Below are positions 20,139 to 29,200 of a stretch of DNA of 64,000 bases, in pieces. Position 1 is the first letter of the stretch; each line of letters begins with the position of its first letter. Source of the stretch: Patescibacteria group bacterium (GTDB lineage: Bacteria; Patescibacteriota; Microgenomatia; UBA1400; PJMF01); assembly GCA_016861205.1 (NCBI GenBank), contig BOKX01000001.1, forward strand, positions 520,539 through 584,538. Reading direction: 5' to 3'. A program made the translations under genes and the position numbers. The notes under the pieces were generated by a model. It was not told where the DNA came from, made no database searches, and worked only from the letters and a program-made list of their open reading frames with translations.

Positions 20139-21431
20139 ATGAAGCTAACTGTGATTGGAACTGGATATGTCGGCGTTGTCTCAGCTGCCGTGTACGCCTC
20201 ATTCGGCCATCAAGTCACTGGTCTTGATGTTGACGCTAAAAAAGTCGCGGCCTTAAAAGAAGGCAAGGTACCTTTTTACGAGCCTCACCTCGAAGAGTTA
20301 TTACTGGAGCAACAAGCGGCTGGCAGATTGCGATTTACCACAGAGTACAACGAAGCCATCCCAGATGCCGAAATTGTGATCATTGCTGTTGGCACTCCAT
20401 CAGCAGCAGACGGTCAAGCTGATCTCAAGTACATCAAAGCAGCCACCGAAAGTTTGGCTCCCCTCGTCAGTGATGGCACCATCGTAGTTATCAAGTCAAC
20501 CGTCCCACCGGGAACGCTGAAAATTGTGGATGATCAGCTCAAATCGTTGGGCAAAACCCGCTACTACACTGCGTCGTTGCCCGAGTTTTTGCGTGAGGGC
20601 AGTGCGGTCAATGATACCCTTCATCCTGACCGAGTGGTGATCGGCGCATCTGATGCTTTTGTATTCGATAAGTTGGAAGAACTACACAAGCCCCTGAATG
20701 CCCCAGTGGTTAAGATCACTCCTGAATCAGCACAAATGGCAAAATACGCGGCCAACAACTACTTAGCTACCCGTATCACTTTTGCCAATCAAATTGCTGA
20801 CCTGTGCGATAAAAATGGCGCTGACGTCCAAGAAGTCATTGCCGCCATCGGTCTCGATCAACGGATTGGCAATCACTACTGGTATCCAGGCTTCGGCTAC
20901 GGCGGCTCATGCTTCCCCAAAGATGTCAAAGAACTGGCCGCCTACTCTAGAGCAGTTGGTGAAGCCAACAATCTGTTTAACAAAGTTAATGAGCTTAACG
21001 AAGGTCGGATTCCTCGTCTACTCGAGCTCTACGGCCAAAAAATCGGTGGCTGGGCTGGCAAAAAAGTTGCCATCCTTGGTCTAAGCTTTAAACCAAATAC
21101 CGATGACATGCGTGAAGCACCCAGCACAAAAGTTGTGCCCGAGCTGATCAAAGCCGGTGCCGAGGTGGTCGGTTTTGACCCTCGAGCTGAGTGGTCAGTT
21201 TTCATGCCAAACACACCACTCAACCAAGTTGAGGATATCAAAACTGCTGTCGCTGAAGCCGACGTTATCATGGCTCTCATCGAGTGGCCAGAGATTCTGA
21301 GTTGTGACTTTGGCGCCCTCAAACTTGAAAAGCAACAGTGGTTTATCGATGCTCGAAATCAGTTTACACCTGATCAAGTAGTCGGCTGGGGTTACGCATA
21401 TATTGGAATTGGTCGACCTAGCAGGGAATAA
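20139..21431 (+). CDS. ugd: UDP-glucose 6-dehydrogenase
   Basis: MKLTVIGTGYVGVVSAAV...GGSCFPKD carries the UDPGDH catalytic Cys motif. Confidence 0.9.
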   Translation: MKLTVIGTGYVGVVSAAVYASFGHQVTGLDVDAKKVAALKEGKVPFYEPHLEELLLEQQAAGRLRFTTEYNEAIPDAEIVIIAVGTPSAADGQADLKYIKAATESLAPLVSDGTIVVIKSTVPPGTLKIVDDQLKSLGKTRYYTASLPEFLREGSAVNDTLHPDRVVIGASDAFVFDKLEELHKPLNAPVVKITPESAQMAKYAANNYLATRITFANQIADLCDKNGADVQEVIAAIGLDQRIGNHYWYPGFGYGGSCFPKDVKELAAYSRAVGEANNLFNKVNELNEGRIPRLLELYGQKIGGWAGKKVAILGLSFKPNTDDMREAPSTKVVPELIKAGAEVVGFDPRAEWSVFMPNTPLNQVEDIKTAVAEADVIMALIEWPEILSCDFGALKLEKQQWFIDARNQFTPDQVVGWGYAYIGIGRPSRE

Positions 21432-22390
21432 TGACTGAGCTGCACGAACAACCTATCCTGGTAACTGGCGGAACTGGTTTTGCCGGCTCACATTTGCTCG
21501 AAGCCCTAGCAGAGGCTGGTTACCGAAACCTTCATACCACCAGCTTGCAAGCCAAACGACCAAATTGGGTGTCACCAGATGTTGTTATTCACCAGGTTGA
21601 ATTGACAGATAGTGTGGCCACGGCTGAATTTATTGCCGAACTACAGCCTGTTCATATTTACCATTTGGCTTCGATGGCAGTAGTCGGTCAGAGTTTTGAG
21701 ATTGCCCAAAGTTTGCTCAGTAATAACATCGCCCTTCAGCTCAACGTACTGGAAGCAGTTCGCTCTCATGCTCCAGGGGCTCGGCTTCTGACTATTGGTA
21801 GTGCGGAGGAGTACGGAGCTGTCCGGTTGGGTCCTGACGAGAAAATTAATGAAGGCTACCCGCTCAGCCCAGTAAATCCCTATGCCGTTTCCAAAACAAC
21901 CCAAGACCTCTTAGCCCACGCGTATCACCAAAGTTATCAGCTGCAGATTGTGCGCACTCGACCTTTTAACCACATCGGCGAGCGACAGACTCCGCACTTT
22001 GCCATTTCTAGTTTTGCCAAACAAATTGTCGCTATTGAGCGCGGGCAGCAGTCAGAAATTAAGGTTGGCAACTTACAAGCCGTTCGCGACTTTACCGATG
22101 TCAAAGATATGGTCCGCGCCTACATTACGCTCATGGAACATGGTCGTGTTGGTGAAGTGTACAACATTGGAAGTGGCGTTGGCCGTAGTATTGAAGAACT
22201 CCTTGCTGAACTGTGCCGACAAGCAACAGCACCAATCAAGGTCAGCATCGATCAGAACCTGATTCGCCCTCTTGATGTTCCTCGCTTGGTTGCGGATAAT
22301 GGAAAAATTGCCCAACTTGGATGGTTCCCAACCATCCCCCTGCCTAACACGTTACAACGTATGCTTGAGTATTGGAGAGGCCAATCATGA
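21431..22390 (+). CDS. NAD-dependent sugar-nucleotide epimerase/reductase of the GMD family, likely a GDP-4-keto-6-deoxy-D-mannose reductase (Rmd-like)
   Basis: [14 protein letters not shown] and the YAVSK active site are present. It is coupled to gmd by an ATGA overlap. Confidence 0.7.
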   Translation: MTELHEQPILVTGGTGFAGSHLLEALAEAGYRNLHTTSLQAKRPNWVSPDVVIHQVELTDSVATAEFIAELQPVHIYHLASMAVVGQSFEIAQSLLSNNIALQLNVLEAVRSHAPGARLLTIGSAEEYGAVRLGPDEKINEGYPLSPVNPYAVSKTTQDLLAHAYHQSYQLQIVRTRPFNHIGERQTPHFAISSFAKQIVAIERGQQSEIKVGNLQAVRDFTDVKDMVRAYITLMEHGRVGEVYNIGSGVGRSIEELLAELCRQATAPIKVSIDQNLIRPLDVPRLVADNGKIAQLGWFPTIPLPNTLQRMLEYWRGQS

Positions 22391-23364
22391 AAAAAGCATT
22401 TATTACCGGTATCACAGGTCAAGATGGTTCGTACTTGGCCGAGTTGCTACTCGAAAAAGGTTATCGGGTCTATGGTTTAACTCGCCGCACCAGCACCCAA
22501 AACTTTGCCCGTATCAAACACATTATTCACCATCCACAGTTGGAGCTGGTGTCAGGTGACTTGATTGATCAGCACTCTTTGACAGGTGCCATTCAAGAAA
22601 TCCAACCCGATGAGGTTTACAACTTGGCTGCCCAGTCATTTGTGCAGACCAGTTGGGAACAGCCCATTTTAACCGGTGAGTTCACTGCTATCGGTGTAAC
22701 CAGAATTCTCGAGGCTGTCCGGTTGGTCTGTCCGCACACTAAGTTTTACCAAGCTAGTTCATCAGAGATGTTCGGTAAAGTGCAGCAGGTACCACAAACT
22801 GAGACCACCCCTTTTTACCCTCGTTCACCTTATGGTGTAGCCAAGGTCTACGGTCACTGGATTACTGTTAACTATCGTGAATCCTATGACCTGTTTGCAG
22901 TCTCTGGTATTTTGTTCAATCATGAGTCACCTCGCCGTGGCCTTGAGTTTGTGACTCGTAAAATTGCCAATGGTGTTGCTCGCGTCAAACTCGGCAAACA
23001 ATCTCACATTGAGCTCGGCAACTTGGAAGCCAAACGTGACTGGGGATATGCCAAAGACTACGTTGAAGCCATGTGGCTGATGCTGCAACAAGAGCAACCT
23101 GACGACTATGTGGTCGCTACTGGTGAGACCCACTCGGTTCGCGAATTCTTGCAACTGGCTTGTGAAGCCGCTGGCATCAATGACTGGGAGGCTGTTTACA
23201 AACACAATCCTCGCTACGACCGGCCTGCCGAAGTTGATCTGCTGATTGGTGATCCCACTAAAGCCAAGGAAAAACTCGGTTGGAAACCCAGCGTTACCTT
23301 CCCAGAACTTGTTGATTTAATGATGAAAGCAGAACTCGAGGAAGAAAGCCAAAGTCGAGACTAA
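22387..23364 (+). CDS. gmd: GDP-mannose 4,6-dehydratase
   Basis: [30 protein letters not shown] is the classic Gmd N-terminus. The start was set to the ATG at 22387. Confidence 0.9.
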   Translation: MKKAFITGITGQDGSYLAELLLEKGYRVYGLTRRTSTQNFARIKHIIHHPQLELVSGDLIDQHSLTGAIQEIQPDEVYNLAAQSFVQTSWEQPILTGEFTAIGVTRILEAVRLVCPHTKFYQASSSEMFGKVQQVPQTETTPFYPRSPYGVAKVYGHWITVNYRESYDLFAVSGILFNHESPRRGLEFVTRKIANGVARVKLGKQSHIELGNLEAKRDWGYAKDYVEAMWLMLQQEQPDDYVVATGETHSVREFLQLACEAAGINDWEAVYKHNPRYDRPAEVDLLIGDPTKAKEKLGWKPSVTFPELVDLMMKAELEEESQSRD

Positions 23365-23381
23365 CGGAAGGTCACTGGTGT

Positions 23382-24557
23382 ATGTCACGAGCTGTCGTTA
23401 TCATTCCAACCTACAACGAGCGCGAAAATATTCGCACCACAATTGAAGCGGTCATGAAGCAAGCCGATCTGGTTGGCGAGTGGCAACTTCATGTATTGGT
23501 GGTCGACGACACTTCACCTGATGGCACCGCCGCAGAAGTCGAGCAAATTCAAAAACGTGAGAAGCGCGTGCATCTTTTGATTAACCCAACGAAAGCCGGT
23601 CTTGGAGCTGCCTACCTCAAAGGGATGGAGTATGCGTTTGGTCTGTTGAAGGCAGATGTCATTTTTGAGTTTGATGCTGACCTGTCACATGACCCTACCA
23701 AAATCCCCGCTCTACTCAAAAAAATAGACGCCGGCTATGACATGGCTCTCGGGTCACGCTACATTAAAGGTGGTGGAATTCCCCAAGACTGGGGTTTACA
23801 CCGCAAGTTCCTCAGCGTGGTCGGCAACATCGTGATCATGGTAGTTTTCACTGATTTTCGGATCCGCGACTGGACGAGCGGCTATCGGGCTATTACTAAA
23901 CGGGTTTACGATGCAGTCCACAAAGAATTAACAGGGGAACGTTTTACCGGCTACACTTTCCAAATTGGTTTCTTGTACCAGACGGTGCGCAAAGGCTTCA
24001 ACGTGGCAGAAGTCCCATTTGTGTTTGTTGATCGAGTGCACGGACACTCCAAACTAGGACCTGAATACATTAAGAATAATTTGTTGTATATTTTTAAGAT
24101 GCGTTATCTCGAAATCATCAACAACCGTATTTTCAAGTTTGCCGCAGTAGGTGGCACCGGGGCCATGGTTCAGCTGGTCTCACTGTATTTATGGCGACTG
24201 TTTTTACCGTATCAGGTCGCCTTTTTTGCTTCAATTGAGAGTGCCGTCGTTTCCAACTTTATCTTGAACAATGTCTGGACTTTCTCTGATCGCAAGTTGG
24301 ATCGCAAAAGTCTACCCAGTAAGTTCATTCAGTTTAACTTAGCCTCTTCTGGCTCAATCTTGATTCAGCAAGCTATTGCGTTGGTGGGCGAGTTTGTGAT
24401 CGGGCTGCATCCACTCTTCACGCTGCCCTTTACTTCGATCTTGATCGACACTGGTCACCTCTATGCCGTGGTTGGTATTCTAGTCGGCATGTTCTGGAAC
24501 TTTTTTGCCTACACCAAGTTTATTTGGAAAGCTGGGAAACCCACCAGCCGAAAGTAA
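23382..24557 (+). CDS. Polyprenol-phosphate sugar synthase, a Dpm1/GtrB-like GT2 domain fused to a C-terminal GtrA-like four-TM domain
   Basis: VVIIPTYNERENI...VDDTSPDGT is GT2-like. The C-terminus has four TM helices, including FKFAAVGGTGAMVQLVSLYL, which resembles GtrA. Confidence 0.8.
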   Translation: MSRAVVIIPTYNERENIRTTIEAVMKQADLVGEWQLHVLVVDDTSPDGTAAEVEQIQKREKRVHLLINPTKAGLGAAYLKGMEYAFGLLKADVIFEFDADLSHDPTKIPALLKKIDAGYDMALGSRYIKGGGIPQDWGLHRKFLSVVGNIVIMVVFTDFRIRDWTSGYRAITKRVYDAVHKELTGERFTGYTFQIGFLYQTVRKGFNVAEVPFVFVDRVHGHSKLGPEYIKNNLLYIFKMRYLEIINNRIFKFAAVGGTGAMVQLVSLYLWRLFLPYQVAFFASIESAVVSNFILNNVWTFSDRKLDRKSLPSKFIQFNLASSGSILIQQAIALVGEFVIGLHPLFTLPFTSILIDTGHLYAVVGILVGMFWNFFAYTKFIWKAGKPTSRK

Positions 24558-24590
24558 CACCTGTCTCAAGACAGGTTAAAAACAAACTGT

Positions 24591-26159
24591 ATGCGCTGGA
24601 AACTACCTCGCACTTTTTCTTGGCTGACTATCGCACTGGGGGTGATTCTGCTCGTGGCTAGTTTTGTGCGGCTGTACAACCTGGGTGGAAGTTTGCTCTT
24701 CCAAGGTGACCAAGGTCGCGATGCCATGATTGTGGCTCGGATCTTCAAAGAAGCTGATCTGGTGTTTATTGGACCAGTTACCAGTGTTGGTAACATGTAT
24801 CTTGGTCCTTTGTACTACTACTTCATGCTACCCTGGCTGTGGTTAAGCTATCCCAGCCCACTGGGACCAGCTTATGGAGTGGCCATTTTAGGGATTGTGA
24901 CTGTCTGGCTCATGTATCGGCTTGGCCGAGAGCTCATCGGAGTCAAAGCTAGCTTGATTGCCACTAGTTTATTTGCTGTTTCGGCTGTGGTCGTTCAGTA
25001 CAGTCGGTTCAGTTGGAATCCTAACCCCGCCCCCTTCGTTTCAATCATTATGATGTGGGCCACCTATCGTGCCTGGCAAAAGTCAGGTTGGTACTGGATC
25101 ATTGTAGCCACCTGTTTAGCTGGCTTGATGCAGTTGCATTACTTGGCACTTTTATCTGGTGGTGGCGCTGGGCTGATCTGGCTCTGGCAGCAATTCACTC
25201 TTTTCAAAGAAAAGAACTGGTCTCAACTTCGCACCGCTTGGTTAGGGACCTTGCTCGGAGGACTAGTAGTACTACTGTCTTTAACACCACTTATGCTGTT
25301 TGACTCTAGACATAACTGGTTGAACGTCAAGGCATTCCAAAAACTGTTTACGGAAGAACAAAGTTTCAAAGTCACGAACACACAACCTTGGACAGCTCGA
25401 GTAGCTGACACTGTCAAAGAAATGCACGGCCGATCACTACACATTTTTTGGGAGGTCCCGCTCGGCCAGTCTCGGGAACGGAACACCATTCTCCTGATTG
25501 CAAGTTTACTGATTTGGGCTAGGGTGATGACTAATCTCAAACTGGGACCTACTTCAAAATCGAAAACTGTTAGCTCGACTGCTCCCACCTTGGCTGGATT
25601 AATTGTGATCAGCAGCTTCGCCCTAACAGGCGTGTTGGGAACAGCCGTCTACGACCACACTGTTTTTGACCACTACATCGCGTATCTGTTCCCTGTCACT
25701 TTTTGGGTGTATGGTGTGGCGCTCGGCTGGCTCTGGTCAAAACCAGTTGGCAAGGTAGCAACCATCGCTTTTGTGGCTTACTTCCTCAGCTACAACTTGC
25801 CTCGGTTACCTCTGCGCTCGAATGGCTGGACTATTTATGACATGGAACGTGTCAGTCAAAACGTTCTCAAGGTAGTAAAACCAGGCGAGTCGTACGGTAT
25901 CGTGTTGTTGTCTGAGTCCAAAGACCTCTATGGACAAAACTATCGCTACTTCCTCTCAACGAGTGACCATCCGGCACTCAGTCCAGAACAAGTAAACACG
26001 GCCGATGCCTTAGTTATCATTAATGAGGAAAAGGCAGTCACGGATCCAGAAGCTATTCGATCGCTGCCGATCTGGGAAATAACTACCTTCCCAGCCACCG
26101 GTTCACCTCTGGTATACTGGAACGGCTCAGAACCCGACTTGCTAGTATTGAGAAGATAA
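24591..26159 (+). CDS. Polytopic membrane protein, GT-C-like paralog (DQGRD motif)
   Basis: VRLYNLGGSLLFQGDQGRDAMIVARIF...GPLYYYF. It lies directly downstream of the Dpm1-like gene. Confidence 0.6.
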   Translation: MRWKLPRTFSWLTIALGVILLVASFVRLYNLGGSLLFQGDQGRDAMIVARIFKEADLVFIGPVTSVGNMYLGPLYYYFMLPWLWLSYPSPLGPAYGVAILGIVTVWLMYRLGRELIGVKASLIATSLFAVSAVVVQYSRFSWNPNPAPFVSIIMMWATYRAWQKSGWYWIIVATCLAGLMQLHYLALLSGGGAGLIWLWQQFTLFKEKNWSQLRTAWLGTLLGGLVVLLSLTPLMLFDSRHNWLNVKAFQKLFTEEQSFKVTNTQPWTARVADTVKEMHGRSLHIFWEVPLGQSRERNTILLIASLLIWARVMTNLKLGPTSKSKTVSSTAPTLAGLIVISSFALTGVLGTAVYDHTVFDHYIAYLFPVTFWVYGVALGWLWSKPVGKVATIAFVAYFLSYNLPRLPLRSNGWTIYDMERVSQNVLKVVKPGESYGIVLLSESKDLYGQNYRYFLSTSDHPALSPEQVNTADALVIINEEKAVTDPEAIRSLPIWEITTFPATGSPLVYWNGSEPDLLVLRR

Positions 26160-26161
26160 CT

Positions 26162-26947
26162 ATGGCCATGAACTCAAAACCCTTTCTCTCCGTCATCATT
26201 CCCTCCTACAACGAACAAAAAAACCTCGGCCGCGGCGTGCTTGATGAGGTAGTGACGTACCTCAAAACACAGTCGTATCCTTGGGAAGTCATTCTGAGTG
26301 ATGATGGCTCGAGTGATGGTACCGCCGATTTGCTTGATGATTTTGCCAAAAAACACGGTTCAAGCGTCAAAGTACTGCACAATATTCATGCAGGCAAAGG
26401 GCCCACTGTCCAGTCAGGTATGCTCCAAGCTACTGGCGAATGGCGACTGTTCACCGACTTTGACCAATCGACGCCTCTGGCTGAAGTCGAAAAATTGTTG
26501 AGTTGGGCTGAACAAGGTTATGAAATTGTCATCGGTTCTCGAGAGATCAAAGGTGCTCACCGCGATGAAGAACCCTGGTACCGCCACTTGATGGGCAAAG
26601 GCTTCAATCTGCTAGTTCAAACGCTGGCAGTCCCAGGCATCATGGACACCCAGTGTGGCTTTAAACTTTTCTCGGCGCAAGCCGCTGAACAGTTGTTTGG
26701 CGATCTGCACATCTACGGCCGACAAGAAGAGCGCCACGACGCGTTCACCGGCGCTTTTGACGTGGAAATTTTGTTCCTGGCTCGAAAACGTGGTCTTCGC
26801 ATCAAAGAAGTCCCTATCACTTGGAGTCACCACGAAACAGATCGGGTCAGTCCTGTTAAGGATTCCGCTCGAATGCTTCGCGATATTTTGATGGTCAGAT
26901 TGGCTGACCTCCAAGGCAAGTATGCCCACCGCAATCACAGCTCCTAA
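26162..26947 (+). CDS. Polyprenol-phosphate glycosyltransferase, Dpm1/GtrB-like GT2, soluble
   Basis: LSVIIPSYNEQKNL...LSDDGSSDGT...FDQSTP. It is tightly coupled to its flanking genes. Confidence 0.8.
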   Translation: MAMNSKPFLSVIIPSYNEQKNLGRGVLDEVVTYLKTQSYPWEVILSDDGSSDGTADLLDDFAKKHGSSVKVLHNIHAGKGPTVQSGMLQATGEWRLFTDFDQSTPLAEVEKLLSWAEQGYEIVIGSREIKGAHRDEEPWYRHLMGKGFNLLVQTLAVPGIMDTQCGFKLFSAQAAEQLFGDLHIYGRQEERHDAFTGAFDVEILFLARKRGLRIKEVPITWSHHETDRVSPVKDSARMLRDILMVRLADLQGKYAHRNHSS

Positions 26948-28238
26948 ATCTGGTTGGTGGTGGCTAGCCTGGTTCAGCTGGGGTTTAGGCTGGGCAGTTT
27001 ACATCTGGTTTTCCTACAGTTTGACCGCTCCTAATCTGGTCCTAAGTGGCTCAGCGCCTTTCTGGAAGTTCCAAACCTGGATGTGGAAAACATTTTTTAA
27101 CAACCGGGAACTCCTCGGCAACGTCTATCTGGCGATCATCACCTGGCAAGTAGCGAATTACCTCGGACTACTGTTTTTAACTATCAAAAAACGGCTGCCG
27201 GTACCTTGGTTGATGTGGTTGGGAGGACTGATAGCACTGTTGTTGGCGAATAATGCCCTGTCGTATGACGTTTTTAACTACATTTTTAATGCCAAAATGG
27301 TGGCTGTGTACCAGGTAAATCCCCATGTTCGAGTAGCACTCGACTTTGCCGATGATCCTTGGACTAGGTTCATGCACAACACCCACACCACTGCTCCCTA
27401 CGGCTATGGCTGGACGGCGTTATCCCTGGTGCCATTTTGGCTCGGTTTGGAACGGTTCACCCTAACCTGGCTACTATTCCGAGCTTGGAGTTTGCTGAGC
27501 ATCGGACTAACCTGGCTCAGTCTTGAGTGGTGCATTCGACTACTACGGTCAAAACGAGGTGGCAAGTCACTGGCGGACGCCTGGCAACGCTATCGCCTGG
27601 TGTTGTGGCTCAGTCCCTTATTACTCATCGAGATCATCACCAACAGCCACAACGACTTGTGGATGATGGCGCCGGCACTTGCCAGTTTGGGACTGGCGGC
27701 GGCTAGACCAGCCAAAAAGTGGTGGTGGATGGTGCTACTCAGTTTCGTGCTGCTCGTCGCCTCAGCCAGCATTAAGTACGCTTCACTTGTACTACTACCT
27801 CTGTGGCTAGCCTTGTGGACACAGGAATTGTGGAAACGGTGGCCGCTACTGTCTGGCTGGAGTCGATTGCTGGACTGGAGCTGGCCATGGTTGGCTTCGC
27901 TAGCTTTCTTTGCGCCGCTGCTTACCACTCGCTCACAGCAATTTCACCCCTGGTACTTAACTTGGGTACTGGTCTGGTGGCCATTGAGCTGGAGTCTAGC
28001 TGTTAGTCATCGCGACAGAATCAAGGGCTGGTGGCTGTGGCTACTACAAACGTGGTGGTTCATCGTCTTGTGCTTGTCGATCACCTCGCTGCTGCGATAT
28101 GCACCATACTTTTATGCCGGCGAGTTTAAACTGGGCGTATTGCTACATCAAAAACAAATCACTTGGTCTGGAGTTGGCCTAGGCCTTGGGTTGAGCCTGC
28201 TTACGAGGTGGTCGCCGCTCAAGCGTCAGGTCTCCTGA
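26922..28238 (+). CDS. Polytopic membrane protein (438 aa), putative GT-C-like transferase
   Basis: Many Trp-rich TM segments. Its start overlaps the end of the GT2 gene at 26162. The pairing resembles GtrB with GtrC. Confidence 0.5.
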   Translation: MPTAITAPKSGWWWLAWFSWGLGWAVYIWFSYSLTAPNLVLSGSAPFWKFQTWMWKTFFNNRELLGNVYLAIITWQVANYLGLLFLTIKKRLPVPWLMWLGGLIALLLANNALSYDVFNYIFNAKMVAVYQVNPHVRVALDFADDPWTRFMHNTHTTAPYGYGWTALSLVPFWLGLERFTLTWLLFRAWSLLSIGLTWLSLEWCIRLLRSKRGGKSLADAWQRYRLVLWLSPLLLIEIITNSHNDLWMMAPALASLGLAAARPAKKWWWMVLLSFVLLVASASIKYASLVLLPLWLALWTQELWKRWPLLSGWSRLLDWSWPWLASLAFFAPLLTTRSQQFHPWYLTWVLVWWPLSWSLAVSHRDRIKGWWLWLLQTWWFIVLCLSITSLLRYAPYFYAGEFKLGVLLHQKQITWSGVGLGLGLSLLTRWSPLKRQVS

Positions 28239-28609
28239 AATCCAGGCTGCTAAGAATATCGCACCCATTGGACCTACCATGACTAGCATAGTAAAGAGAA
28301 GATCATTCCACATTAGTGAGGCTCCTTTCGGCTGCCCAAGTTTAGCATTATGAGCCAGATAAAACAATAAAAGGCCAGGCCCGGAAACACAATGTAGACT
28401 CGATGCTGCCCGATGAGTTCATTAACAACCAAGGCAGCTAACAATATATTCAAGGCGTCCATACCTTTATCTGTGACGAGCAGATATCTTTGATGTGGCA
28501 AAACCAATGATTTGGGCATCTTCATACTTGTAGTAGATCACATATGCCTTGCCTGAAGCTTTACTCTCCCCAGTCACCAGTGAGTTCCGCAAAATATACC
28601 CTATAACTA

Positions 28610-28638
28610 TTGACTTTCGGCTGTATTTTTCATATAAT
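28610..28638 (+). promoter_or_regulatory. Consensus sigma70-type promoter (TTGACT, 17-nt spacer, TATAAT)
   Basis: TTGACT lies at 28610-28615 and TATAAT at 28633-28638 with a 17-nt spacer. The site is about 95 nt upstream of the ATG at 28733. Confidence 0.5.
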
Positions 28639-28732
28639 CCCCCTCTATTGATCTAGAAATAGGTCTTTGTGTATCAAATTACCTCTGCCGTGACGGGCGA
28701 AAAGCCTAATCGCCGGCAGAAAGGAGCCGCAC

Positions 28733-29092
28733 ATGAGTCTAGTTAAACTCACCCTGGCCACTACCCTGGCCGCCGCTCTGACGCTGGCGATGAGTTCTAC
28801 TGCTTTGGCTGACACTGTCAAACAAGAGCAAGAACTTAACACCAAGTCAGAGGTCAAAGTGACCTGCACCACCGGTGCTTATGGTCAAAGTAACACCTGT
28901 ACCGCTGAAGCTGACGCTGAGGCCAACGGTAAACAGTCACAAGAAATTGTGTACCGCACCAATGGTCGAGCCATCGTCGCTCACAAACCAGTCGATACTG
29001 GCGCTGACGTAGCTACCACTGCTGCCGTTTCTGGCACTGTGTTAGCTGGCGCTGCTGCCGCTGTAGTCCAGATTAAATCTCGCTTACAATAA
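28733..29092 (+). CDS. Small secreted protein (119 aa) with a signal peptide and an Ala/Thr-rich C-terminus
   Basis: There is an AAAGGAG ribosome-binding site. The N-terminus has the signal peptide TLATTLAAALTLAMSSTALA. A terminator hairpin follows the gene. Confidence 0.5.
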   Translation: MSLVKLTLATTLAAALTLAMSSTALADTVKQEQELNTKSEVKVTCTTGAYGQSNTCTAEADAEANGKQSQEIVYRTNGRAIVAHKPVDTGADVATTAAVSGTVLAGAAAAVVQIKSRLQ

Positions 29093-29115
29093 GCAGTTGC
29101 TGTAACAAGCATTTG

Positions 29116-29150
29116 AACCGCCAGGCCTAGTACGTCTGGCGGTTTTTGTT
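29116..29150 (+). terminator. Rho-independent terminator
   Basis: The hairpin AACCGCCAGGC....GTCTGGCGGTT is followed by a T run. Confidence 0.55.
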
Positions 29151-29200
29151 CCAGCCTCATGTTCCAGGCTGGAGCGTGAGACTGGTCCAAGTTCCTGCCT

